Positions 11,956 through 22,988 of a DNA stretch of 64,000 bases are shown here, piece by piece; the stretch's first letter is position 1, and the number at the start of each line of letters is the position of its first letter. The stretch lies in the NCBI GenBank assembly GCA_964234715.1, contig OZ174276.1; one strand, 5' to 3'. The stretch is from Podarcis melisellensis. Taxonomy: Eukaryota. The notes beneath the pieces were generated by a model, which saw only the letters and a list, made by a program, of their open reading frames with translations, searched no databases and was not told where the DNA came from. A program made the translations under genes and the position numbers.

Positions 11956-13889
11956 TATAGTATCATGAGTTGTTTTTCTTAGTAGTCAGCTATAAGACTG
12001 ATCCAAGCTATTTATTTTTATTGAAATCCTTTTTATTTTGCTCCCCAATCCCGTCCCCCATGGAGAAGGCTTAGTTGTGTGAAATGAACTTCCACAAATT
12101 CTGGCCACATCAATATTCATCCCTTTGTAAGCAGAAACTGCCCCGCTGCTTAGAGCCACTTCAGGTTATGTATATTGATTCAGCAACCGTTAATGATTGA
12201 TTACAGTGTTCCTCAAAGCTAACATTTAACAAGAAAACTTGATTGTCTTTCTTGTTTTCTGCCTCATAGAACATTCTGTCATTTTGTAAATGAAAAATCA
12301 CATGGTTAACTTTTTAATAATTTCCATTTCCAAAGAATTTGCATCTTGCTGTTTAATTGAATGTGGTATTAGTATATTGCACACGTCCATACTCTCCAGA
12401 AAAACCTCCAGAGGAAACAATTTTTTAAAAAAAGCTAATGGCCAAATTCTGTCTAATGAAAGCCACTAAAGAAAGCAGTGTGGTGCATTTAGGTCTCCAG
12501 GCAGAGCCAGCCCTACGATAAGACAGAGAAACTGAACAGCACCTATTGATTGAATGCTGCTTTTGCTTCTTGTGTTCCAGACCAGAGTATGGAAGCACAA
12601 ACTGGAAGCCAAAGGCCAGATTCATATTGCTGGCTGTTCTAAGGTAACTTTCAGGCAGTCATTTCATGGTCAAAGTTCACATAAAACCCATTTCCCAGTT
12701 CATCAAGGTTATTTCTGTTCTGGTGCCACAAGAACAGAGACCTTTCTGGGTACATGATGGTGGTAAATCAAGGCAAGTGGTCTACCCATGTACAAGAACA
12801 GGCTTCATGCAGCAGATGCCCATTATGGTGTGAACATCCCCAAGTCCCCTCAGGCTGGGAAAATGTGGCTGTGTTTTTGTAATTTCATGCAGCCAAATTT
12901 GTTATGAATTGTTGTGAAACCTTTTGTTGGCCTCCCTTATTCATCAGCTCAGCAAGAGACAAATTAGAATGAAATTAAACTGCTCTTGAAGGCAAAAGCT
13001 ATTTAATGATTAAACCTCTTCCTCATTAAAGATGAAACTAAGTGAAGCATATTTACTCGCAGCTGAACGAGCCTGCCTGGTGCAGGCTCTGATCGCTGAG
13101 TAGGGAATGGGATCGAGAGACGGCCAGCCACAAACTTCTAGTTATCAGCACCCCCAAAACTCCTTTGCTGTCCACCAAGTGTGCTTTCTTTCTCAGAAAT
13201 TATGTTGCTGAGCACAGAGAATAGGGCCTTTATGGTGGTGGCATCCTCATTCTACCTTGTTCTATGGGAACTTAGGGTTCCCAGGAGAAGCTGGGCAGTG
13301 TCCTCACAGGAACCCAAGACACTCCAAGGACCTACAGGGCCTTGGAGAGCTCACAGGGTCCAGTGACCTAGCTTTGCAAACTGTTGTCTTGGCAAGCACC
13401 TAGTTCCAACTGAAACCCCTATATATGTTGTCTGAATTATTAGTCTTTAACCAGTGGGTCAGGACCTACCAGTGGACCATGACTAGTGATGGGGCTTACT
13501 TCTTGCCCGTGCTCATTTAGTGTTTGAGATTCTCATCAAACCTGCTCAGTTCATGATGATGCTTTAGCATTCTGTGCTTCACTTGTACACAACGACAGTG
13601 AACTGAGAAGAGTTACAAGCTTAAGCTCAGAGATTGAGAACAATGACTACAGTTCAGAGTGAAAAGTTCATCAGAAGATTGGTATTGAAGACTGCTCATG
13701 AACTCCTGCATGTAATGCAGGAAATCTGTTTCGGCGTGAGTGTGGAGGAAGCTTCGATGGCTCTTGCTCTTTATTTTGCTCACTTTTAACAAACTTCCAT
13801 CCTCATCCCTAGTTGCAAGGCCATCTGGTTTGCAGCAAAGCTATTGCCACCATGCTGAGTGCCAGCAACATGAACCAGACCAAAGGTGC

Positions 13890-13990
13890 TAGTGGATTTT
13901 CCACAGGCAACTGTTGGACCACTGTGAGAACAGGGTGCTGGGTTAGACGGGCCATTGCTCTGATCCAGTGGGCTCTCTCGTATGTTCTTA
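13890..13990 (+). mobile_element. CR1 LINE 3' end
   Basis: ccactgtgagaacagggtgctgg..ctgatccag..tatgttctta terminus. Confidence 0.75.
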
Positions 13991-15739
13991 AAATCAAAGC
14001 ACAGGCAGAAGAGTTCTGCAACAAGTCAGCAGTGGGGCCAAATTAAAAGGTTTGGCTTATAATGGAATCTATCTCTGTTTTGATCTATCTTTCCTCTTGT
14101 TAATGCTGTCGTATAAGGAACCTATTCAGTGCATATATTTCTTCACCTAAACTGCCCAACGCCTTCTGCCTTAAAGCAGAAGATAATCAAGGCCTCTGCC
14201 AAAGATTCATAAGCCACATAGAATTGGTGGGCAGGCTTTCTATTTTACCACCCCTACTTATGACTAATTTTTTAAGTAGGCCTGCAAGATAAATCAGCCT
14301 CATGAGTCATCAGGACAAAGGAGCCTATCTCACTCAACCACACCTGCTAAAATGATTTGGGAAAATTCGGTACACTTTTGAAATACCAGCATCAATTCTT
14401 TCTTTATCTTGCCATGTCTTGCTGGCGCTTTCTATACAGGCACAACAGGAGTGGGGGGAATCCTGTCATTTGATACTGTGTCTGCTTGCACAGGCACAAG
14501 GAAAGGGAGCAGAGAGACCAATTTAGCAAGGGTGGTAGTTTCCAAGGAATGAGACAGCTCTTTCAGGCCTTACAATGTTTGTGTAGGTCTGGTGAAGAAG
14601 GAGTGTGTCTACGCGACAAAGGGGCATTTGAAAAGAAGAAAGAACTCATGGGTACAGAGTATGTATCCAAGGAGGATTAAAGAGGCGTGGATATTAAAGT
14701 TTTACTTTAATTGTTTATTGTAGCCAAAATCCCATGACAACAAATGGTTCTCTTTTCTTTCTTTCCTGCAGAGTACTTTCCGTTCCTCACTGTGGCTTTG
14801 TTGAAATGCTTTTTTTAATTTTTTTATTTGCTGACTTCGTTTTTTTCTGTAAATAACAAGTATCACAAATTGTCCCTACAGCTATTTTGGACATCATTCA
14901 CTTCCTGAATTCTCCCTGTGAAGCTGAGTAATGGTTCAAATTCTCCTCAGTTTTATTATTTATTATTCCTTAGAAATCTGTCATAAAATTGCACTTATCA
15001 GTCTGTATCTCAACGACTGCCAGTTCACTTTACTATGAATGGCCTTTTATAGTTTAGGAAGCTTTATGACACTAGTCAGAGACTATAGAGTACTCCTTCC
15101 CCTCAAAGTACTTGACATCCCTAAAGAAAAGCTGTGGAATGACAGAAGATGGGAAAGGCAAGTCATAAATTTTGTCTGGGTTCAGATAATCAGGGTTTTG
15201 AGCTTTTCTTTTTTTTGTCATAAGGGGCCATTTTTAGGCTGGCAATTTTCTTCAGAGACTCAGGCACTATGTTTCCTCATTGCTTCTTTGGGCTTCCTTA
15301 CACAAGATCATTTTTTATACCCCCCAGTGATTGTTAGGTGGAAAGTGTCAAGTGCTCCAAATGCCTTTGAGCAGAAAGATGTCTCTACAGAGTTTACTTG
15401 TCATTGGATGATAAAGGATGGGAGGTTTATAGCAACTTCCATATATCTATATCTATATCTGTTTCTTACTATGTAATAAAATTATAAGGCTGTCACATGA
15501 ACAGCAGCAGGATGACAGAACAGGAGGCAGGTGGATTGAGCAAGGGGGCAGATGGGTATACCAGGCAGGCAGAGTGAGAAAGGCAGGGTAGACCAGTCCA
15601 TAACAGCTACCCTGCGTTGCAGATCTATTATAGTAGGTTGATACCAGGGCTGCTTCAAGACATTTTGTTGCCTGAGCTGATGGACAAAACAGCCTCCCCC
15701 TCTCATTCCATATACAGAATGTGACCGGATTGGCAGTTA

Positions 15740-15964
15740 CCGTATTTTTCGCTTTTTGGAGGAGGAAAACAAGAAAAAAAATATTCTGAATCTCAGAAGC
15801 CAGAACAGCAAGAGGGATTGCTGCGCAGCAAAAGCAGCGATCCGTCTTCCTGTTCTGGCTTCTGGGATAGCTGTGCAGCCTGCATTCGCCCCATAAGAAG
15901 CACACACATTTCCCCTTACTTTTTAGGAGGGAAAAAGTGAGTCTTATAGAGCAAAAAAATACGG
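15740..15964. mobile_element. Tc1/mariner superfamily (Tc2/pogo-like) MITE
   Basis: TIRs ccgtatttttcgct / agcaaaaaaatacgg; TA TSD at 15738-15739 and 15965-15966. Confidence 0.9.
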
Positions 15965-17704
15965 TAACTCTTATTTTAGCACCAGTGATTAGACATTTTC
16001 CACCCAATGGCTAACTCGAGTACAGAGAAGGCTAGCTTAGGGGAATCAAGGAGGATTGTGGTGGTGGGGAGGTGGCTGCTGCCACCGGCTGGCAACTTCC
16101 AGCTGAGGCAGTTGTCTCACTCAGGCTAATGATAGGGCTGGCCCCAGAATGTAGCTTTTGGCACCTCTCAAAGGAAGAGAACATTCATTGAGAAAGTACC
16201 TGAATGTGTTTACTCAGAAGTGAATTCCTTTAAGTTCAGTGAAACTTTCCAGTAATGTTAAGATTGATATATAGATGGTTGGTAAAAGAAGAGGGAAATG
16301 TATAAACAAATGCTATGAAACAAATTGGAGCAAAACTCCTTTAAACAATGGCAGAAAGAATTCTCTCCCATCCCCCCGAAAGAAGATAATCATTTCATTA
16401 GCAAGGCAAATGGATACCAAATGAAAAAAGCTGGTATGTAATGGCTCGTGGGAGGGGTAAATCCAGGTAGCGAAGCACATTTCTCAAGATTATGTTGCAA
16501 TTTGCTTCATTTATTGTCAAAATATATTTTGAGTTCCATTGTTTTTTCCAAGGTTTTGTCAGAACTGAACTTTTTCCTTTTACAATAGTTGCCTCACAAT
16601 GCAGAAGGAAGTTATTGCTTCTCACGTTTAATTGCCATGGTAACCAGTTTATGACTACAAACCTTCACAAAGAGAGACCATGAGATGCAAACACAATTCT
16701 TTTCCCCACAACAAGGACAATTCTTAGCCTTAGGGAGACAACATGAAAGCAATATATATAGGGATTAGGGAACAAATTTTGCTTGAGTAAAGTCTTCACC
16801 ATAAGAAGATACATATCCAGACAGAAATGACCTCATTTTCAATCCGATACCACAGTCTACTTTGAACTATGGCTGCAATAATACATGATACATCACAAGG
16901 AAAAACAAAATATATCAGTTGAGAGTGCGCCTTCCCATGGCAGGCAATCAAATGATGACAATTATTGACCCATCATCATTCACACTGAAATGCAACTCCA
17001 AGTGCTCCTGAAAATTATGATATTGGAGTATATTGGGTCTTGTTAAAAAACAACAGCAACCAAATCACTATAAATCTTGATTGCTCTGTGCAGCACTTAT
17101 TCTCATAGCATTGTTGTGAACTGAATAAAGTTCTCCTTTATGCAGAATTGACTTATCTGTGTTTATAAAGATTATGTGAGAACACACCACCATTTTATTT
17201 ATATTGAACTAGCCAAGCACCTATCAGTTTGATGGGCTGCAGGCGGGCAGAGTGAAATAGGGAGGCACCCCCCCCCCCATGCTGGAATTATTTCATTGCA
17301 GTGCAGCACTGCTGACAAAGATTTCGGAGAAGGATGGACAATGTGTCCACTGCCCTTGGGTTGTGCTGGGATTTCTGCAGTGTGTCATCCCTCACCCCCA
17401 CATTAAGAGGAAACAATGAAACTGAAACTGAAACGCCTGGGTTTTCTGAATATGTGCATAGGAATGGATGCAGTATGTTTAGGGCCCCACTTAGCAGAAT
17501 GAGCTGGACCACCACTAAATGCAGCAGGGATGGATTGCCAAATTTTGAAGTAAGTGAAACAGTATATGTACCCATCCAAAGAGCTGCTGGTCTGTGCCAG
17601 GTACTCCCATTTAGTTTAGAGTCTAAAGTTACCTAGTTACACCACTGAAGGAAAGGCAGATTCTGAGTTCTGAATAGTTTTAAATATTAAAAAATATATA
17701 TTGC

Positions 17705-18495
17705 ACGATCTGGTAGTTAGCTGCCCTGGACACAGAATTGACATGTGCCTCCTGTGGTGTTCGTATGGAGCCCTCGATCATTTCACGGACTATTGACCCA
17801 TACATCCCTAATCCCCTGCCAGCAACCAGGTCCTCCCTGGTAAATCACTTAGTCTCAGTCAGGTTCTTAAGTTAACAATGAAGATTGTAGTTTATTGCAA
17901 ACACAAATAAACATCAAATGCATACGAAATGCTGTTACCCCTTACCCTCTTAGTCTTATTTTATTTTGTCTCTAACTCTTTTACCTCCCCTCACACAAGA
18001 ACCAATGTACTAACTGTCTCTCTATTTCCATCTGTCTGCCAACTGCTTTCCCAACGGCTTTTCCCATCTGCTTCTTCCCAACCAACTAACCAACTAACTA
18101 ACTAAACCTCGGGTTAACCCCTTTTATAAACAGGTAGGCTCTGCCTCTGGCTTTTCTATTGATCTACCTATTAACTCTTTCTCTCCCCCTGTACAGACAT
18201 TTTCAAAAGAACAGGCAAATGCCACACTCCATTGACAGCTGAGAGTCCAAAATGACTCCCAGGCTGCGCACCTGGTCCTTCAGGGGCACAGTTACCCCAT
18301 TCAGGACCAGGGAGTCGCCCACACCTGCCCGCCCCCTGTCCTCCCAAAACAGTACTTCTGTCTTGACAGAATTCAATCTCAATCTGTTAGCCGCCATCCA
18401 ACCACCTCCAGACACTTACACAGGACCTTCATCGCTTTCACTTGTTCCGATTCGAAGGATAGGGAGAGCTGGGTATCATCTGCATATTGATGGAC
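17705..18495 (-). mobile_element. L2 LINE reverse-transcriptase fragment, interrupted by a solo LTR
   Basis: Minus strand VHQYADDTQL (YADD at 18486-18475)...WMAANRLRLNSVKTEVL...VRSLGVILDSQLSME; the frame resumes as AHVNSVSRAA left of 17752. Confidence 0.93.
17753..18226 (-). mobile_element. Solo LTR (474 bp; Gypsy or ERV class)
   Basis: Termini TGTGG..CCACA; 4-bp TSD CTCC (17749-17752, 18227-18230); minus-strand TATAAAAG near 18125 and AATAAA near 17893. Confidence 0.9.
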
Positions 18496-19759
18496 AGTAT
18501 GTTTTTTGGAAACCAGTACAGAAGGGCAAACTACGTGACAAATCTCACATCTAGATTGGACCTTAGAAAAGCATTAAATAGAATTGTACTTTGGGTTAAA
18601 ATAGGTCACGGAGAATCAGAAACTAAAATAGAACTGATGGGAAGGAACTGATTATTCTCTCCCTCTCTCTTTCTCCTTTAATTGCTATAATGTTTGTTGC
18701 TTCCAACTGGAAGAAAAAGGAATCTCCTAAAAAGGAATGATGGTGCAGTGGGATCTGGGCAGGGTTGTGTGTTAAGAGTCAGTAATGTTGGGCACCTCCT
18801 GAGTCCAACATCTCCATTGCAGGGCATGTTGCCAATTCCTGGAAGCTTCTGCCCTTGATGTTTGTCTTCCTTGTTGTGGCTGCTGCAGACTCACCTGTCC
18901 TTGTCAACTAGACAAGCAGAAGGAGGAGCAGTGACCTCCTCACCCCTTGTCCTCTTCCTCTGGGAGGTGATGTGAACTTGACCCACAGAGAGACAGCAGA
19001 AAGGCAGCAGCAACAGTGATGAGGATGAGGCAATGGGGTCAACTGAGAGCATCTTGCTCAAGTGCATCCCTACAAAAAAGCAGGAACTGGAACTGAATCT
19101 GAGACAGAACATATATGTGTTAGAAACCCTTTCTTGCATATGTACCAAAAGGGCATCAGATGGTCAGCAATGTGGGACAAGTGGGTTTGTCTGTCAATTT
19201 TTGGGATAAAGCAGATCCATTTGTTCTGCTTTCTGTGTCATGAGTCTATGTTATATGTTATTTCTTTTTCTTTGAAGAGTTAGTGAGGCTACAGAGTGGT
19301 CTTTGCCAACCTGGTGCCATCTGGATGCCTTGGGTCACTTCTGGATGACCATTCATCCTGATTCGTTTATGTGACATTTTCAGGTAGATTGTACAACCTC
19401 AGCTGTTTGTCAAACATTCATTGTACTTTGTTTGCAGGGATGTTATACAATACCAAATGGAGCAGTTGGGATTCCACATTTCCCGGTGTGCTCTCTTGCT
19501 ACTCTTCATTTCACAGAAAGTATGATTTTGGTGGCGGCGGAGAAGTAGGTTGAGCAAGGGTTCCCAATCCATTTGAATTTGCTGGTGTGTTACTGAATCC
19601 CACCTATAAAATAGTGACAGCCTGGAAGCAGCCTTGGACTACAACTCCCATCAGCACAAACCAGCATAGTTGTTGTTCAATACATCTGGAAAGCACCAGG
19701 CTGATGAAGAGTGCAAATAAATTATTGGCTCCAAACTGAAAGTTTTCCCCCCTCAACAG

Positions 19760-19938
19760 TACACACTATACATTTAAAGCACATTCAAAGCACATTCTTT
19801 CCCTCATAAAATCCTGGGTGCTTTGGTTTACTCCTCACAGATTACAATTCCCAGCACTCCTTAACAAACCACAGTACCCAGAATTCTTTGAGGGGTGTAA
19901 TGTGCTCTGAATGTTTTTTAAAGGTATAGCGTGTATGA
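19760..19938. mobile_element. Palindromic MITE (possibly PIF/Harbinger type)
   Basis: tacacactatacatttaaagcacattcaaagcacat / atgtgctctgaatgttttttaaaggtatagcgtgta inverted arms; related pieces at 42570 and 59205. Confidence 0.75.
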
Positions 19939-21550
19939 GAAGCTAGTTTCTCGCCATTTCTCTGCATCCCTTTTCTGCCTTTGTTCATAACCCTCCACTT
20001 TCAGAGATCCTTCTTCTGTATGTATACACAGAGAAGAAATGGAGCAGGCTGCCAAAGGGCTCAGCTGCACAAATGGCATTCTAAAGCCACCACTTGCTGA
20101 TTCAACAAACATCTTCCGTGTTTTCTTTTCATATCTGGCAATGGGCACAAGACCAGTAAACACAGAACAAATGAAAAATCTCTTGAATGCAAAAAGCACC
20201 TGCAAGTTTAGAAACCTCAAGCTCCAGCTTAAAATAGGCGAGGAAGTATTACTCAAAATGTCCACAAAGCCTTTTTGATGTGATCTGTAAACAAGGGAAA
20301 TAGCCATAGCAGCAGTCAGCTGAACAGTATACCTAGAACTAACATGACCAACTCTATCCCTTGCTGGGCAACTTCAGTGCAAGTAACATGGGTGCAGTAC
20401 ATTGGGGCAGGGACAGTATGTGAAGCCAACTGTGTCCCCTGGGAAACAGATAGTATATAGAGCACTGCCAGGTGCTGATTCAGTGAACCCCTTGCAGATC
20501 ACATTATGTTCTTCCCATCAGCCAGAATGGTTAAATGGGGCTTTGCCTTGCCAGGATGGAACTCCTGTCATGCCCACCAGCCAGGATGCTGAGTAAACTA
20601 GTGTTCTCTGTAGCAGGCAATGTTTGTGAGTCCACACCCCCTTCATGGATGACACTTGGGAGCACCTGGTCATTCTGAAGGTTAACCTTCATTTGCTGGA
20701 GTTCCTAGACATTTGGCATGGGGTGAGCTGCATAATGCCAAGTCTAGGGCAAGTATTGCTGCTCCTGCCCACACAATGCCCCCCACTCACTGCTCCCAAT
20801 GCCTCCTGCCTGAATACTGGCTTCCTCTATATTATATTATTTACTATTGTAATTAACAGTATTTGTTTGCAGGGTTCATCAAAGCCTCTAATAAGTTTAC
20901 CTACAATATGAAATATACATTAAAAATACTGATAAAATCAGGTGTTGAAGTATATTATAATTTCTGTGCCTGTCAACCACCATGTTCTCTCTCTCCTTCT
21001 CTCCCCTGACCCCCCCCCAAAAAACTAGCACATTTCACGTGTTGAAATCCTCCTATGCCAAACCAAAAGGCTGCCTGCTACCACCTAGTTTTTCTCTCTC
21101 CTAATCTGCACCCCACTTCAGTGGAGGCACACATTGAAACTCAAAGCACTGTTGTATCTGTAGATAGGGGCTCCTATGCATCTGCCTGCTAAATCTCTGC
21201 CTGTTTTTTCTCTCAAATTGTACCAATATCTGATCTGCTGCTAATATTTCTGTGCCCACCTTGCTTATCTCTACCTTTTTTGGTATCAGGCCACCCTCAG
21301 GCACTCATATGTAGGAACCCTACAAAAGCTGGAATGTCTTCCTGCCAACCCTTCCCTCCTCGCTTGCTGTTTCTCTGCCCCCAAACGCCACCCATTTCAA
21401 TGAGAGATCCTGATGGCCACTGTGACCATGTGCTCCTGTGCTTGCCCACTGAATCTGTACCCAAGTACCAGGGTTCTTCTTGGCTCCATGAGGGACAGAT
21501 GCTGCCCATACTCCATAGATGCCTGCTGCAGAAAGGTCCCTGCTGCTCAC

Positions 21551-21782
21551 TGCCTGATGGGGAGAGAGACTGTCCATTGCGACTTCACACCGATGCTGCT
21601 TGCCTGAAGGAGAGAAACCAGCCATTGTGCCCTCATGATGATGCCTGATGGAGAGAGAGTTGTTATTGTGACCTCATGCTGATGTCGCTAGCCTGAAGGA
21701 GAGAGACGCCCATTGTGACCTCACACTGATGCTGCTTGCTCGAAGGAAAGAGAGCAGGCATTGTGCCCTTATGCTGATACTG
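21551..21782. repeat. Degenerate minisatellite, about 5 units of 41-50 bp
   Basis: Consensus tgcctgaaggagagagac..ccattgtgacctcaYRctgatgctgct repeated five times. Confidence 0.88.
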
Positions 21783-21990
21783 CAGGGGTGTCCAAACTTT
21801 TTTCAAAGAGGGCCAGATTTGATGAAGTGAACATGTGTGAGGACCGACCAAAGTTGTTGTAGGATTTTACCCCAAAGTTGTTGACCCTTTTAAAGGATTG
21901 AAGTGGTTGAGCTTTTTTTAGGATTCTACCACAAAGTTGTTGACCTTTTTTAAAAAAAAATTCCCCAGAGGAATTTTTTAGGATTACTCG
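21783..21990. mobile_element. hAT MITE left arm with internal subrepeats, truncated
   Basis: caggggtgtccaaact terminus; repeated caaagttgttg and aggatt units similar to the interior of 37837-38113; no right TIR seen. Confidence 0.7.
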
Positions 21991-22424
21991 CTGAATACTT
22001 TTCATATACCTTTTGGCTTGGATCGCAGGCAGCTTTCATGATGTATTTTGCTGCTTTTATTTTTCTACATTATCTGCTCTCTGTTTATTTGGAACATGCA
22101 ACCTCTGTACTTCTCCTATGTTTTGTAACATTGATTGTGTTTTATTTTCTTTTTATCTTTGATCTTACATTGATAAAAAAAAGCTTTATTAAAGAAAGGT
22201 AAACATCAGGGTCTTCATAGATTGTTGTCCAAGGCAGAACACAGCTCTCTGCTCCACCAGGCAGAATCGAAATCAAAAGCTTCTCTTATAAGTGCAGAAC
22301 TAGGGTTGCCACCTGTTTTGCATCTCTGTGATGCACTTTGGGCAACACCCTGAGACCTCCATGGAGGGCAATTTAAAAATAAATAATAAATGAGGGTGAT
22401 TAAGCACAAAACAATGTAAAAATA

Positions 22425-22988
22425 AATATAACCCAGGTGGTCAAGAAAGCCCAACAGAGACTCTATCTCCTCAGAGTATTGCGAAAGAATGATGTCAATC
22501 AACATTTGATGATCTCTTTCTACCGGTCAACAATAGAAAGTGTCCTTTCATACTGCATCACAGTGTGGTACGCTGGTTTGACATCAACTGATAGGAAGTG
22601 CCTACAGAGGGTGGTGAATACAGCACAAGATATTATGGGCTGTCCTGTGAATCCGCTGGATGAAATAGTGGAAGAACGTTGCCTCAGGAAAGTGAGGAAA
22701 ATTCTTAGGGATGATTCACACCCTGGCCAGCACTTTCCTGATCTCTTGCCCTCAGGCAGAAGGTATAGAAGCATGATTAGTCACACCAACAGGGTAAAGA
22801 ACAGCTTCTATCTGTGGGCTGTTAGGCTGCTGAATGAAAAGATAACAACAGGGCAACTGACTTTCGGGTTTGATGGGTGTGCATCAGTAAACAAAGGGAA
22901 TTAAGACTAAGAGAGCTGAGTGGGGAGTGCTTGTGTAATCTCACTGTATACAAGTTGTACAAGTGACAATAAAGTATTTCAATTTCAA
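22425..22988 (+). mobile_element. Rex1/Babar clade LINE, 5'-truncated 3' end
   Basis: Open frame VVKKAQQRLYLLRVLRK..FYRSTIESVLSYCITVWY..LQRVVNTAQ..DDSHPG..LLPSGRRYRS..KNSFY..AVRLLN; 3' stem-loop, AATAAA at 22968 and short (atttca) tail. Confidence 0.92.

Noticed and set aside
15453-16007. Longest ORF in the track (184 aa)
   Set aside because: Spans a TA-flanked MITE and has no recognisable domain.
21551-21782. CRISPR-like array
   Set aside because: Units are degenerate along their whole length, the variable parts are under 10 bp, there are no cas genes and the context is a vertebrate genome; it is a minisatellite.
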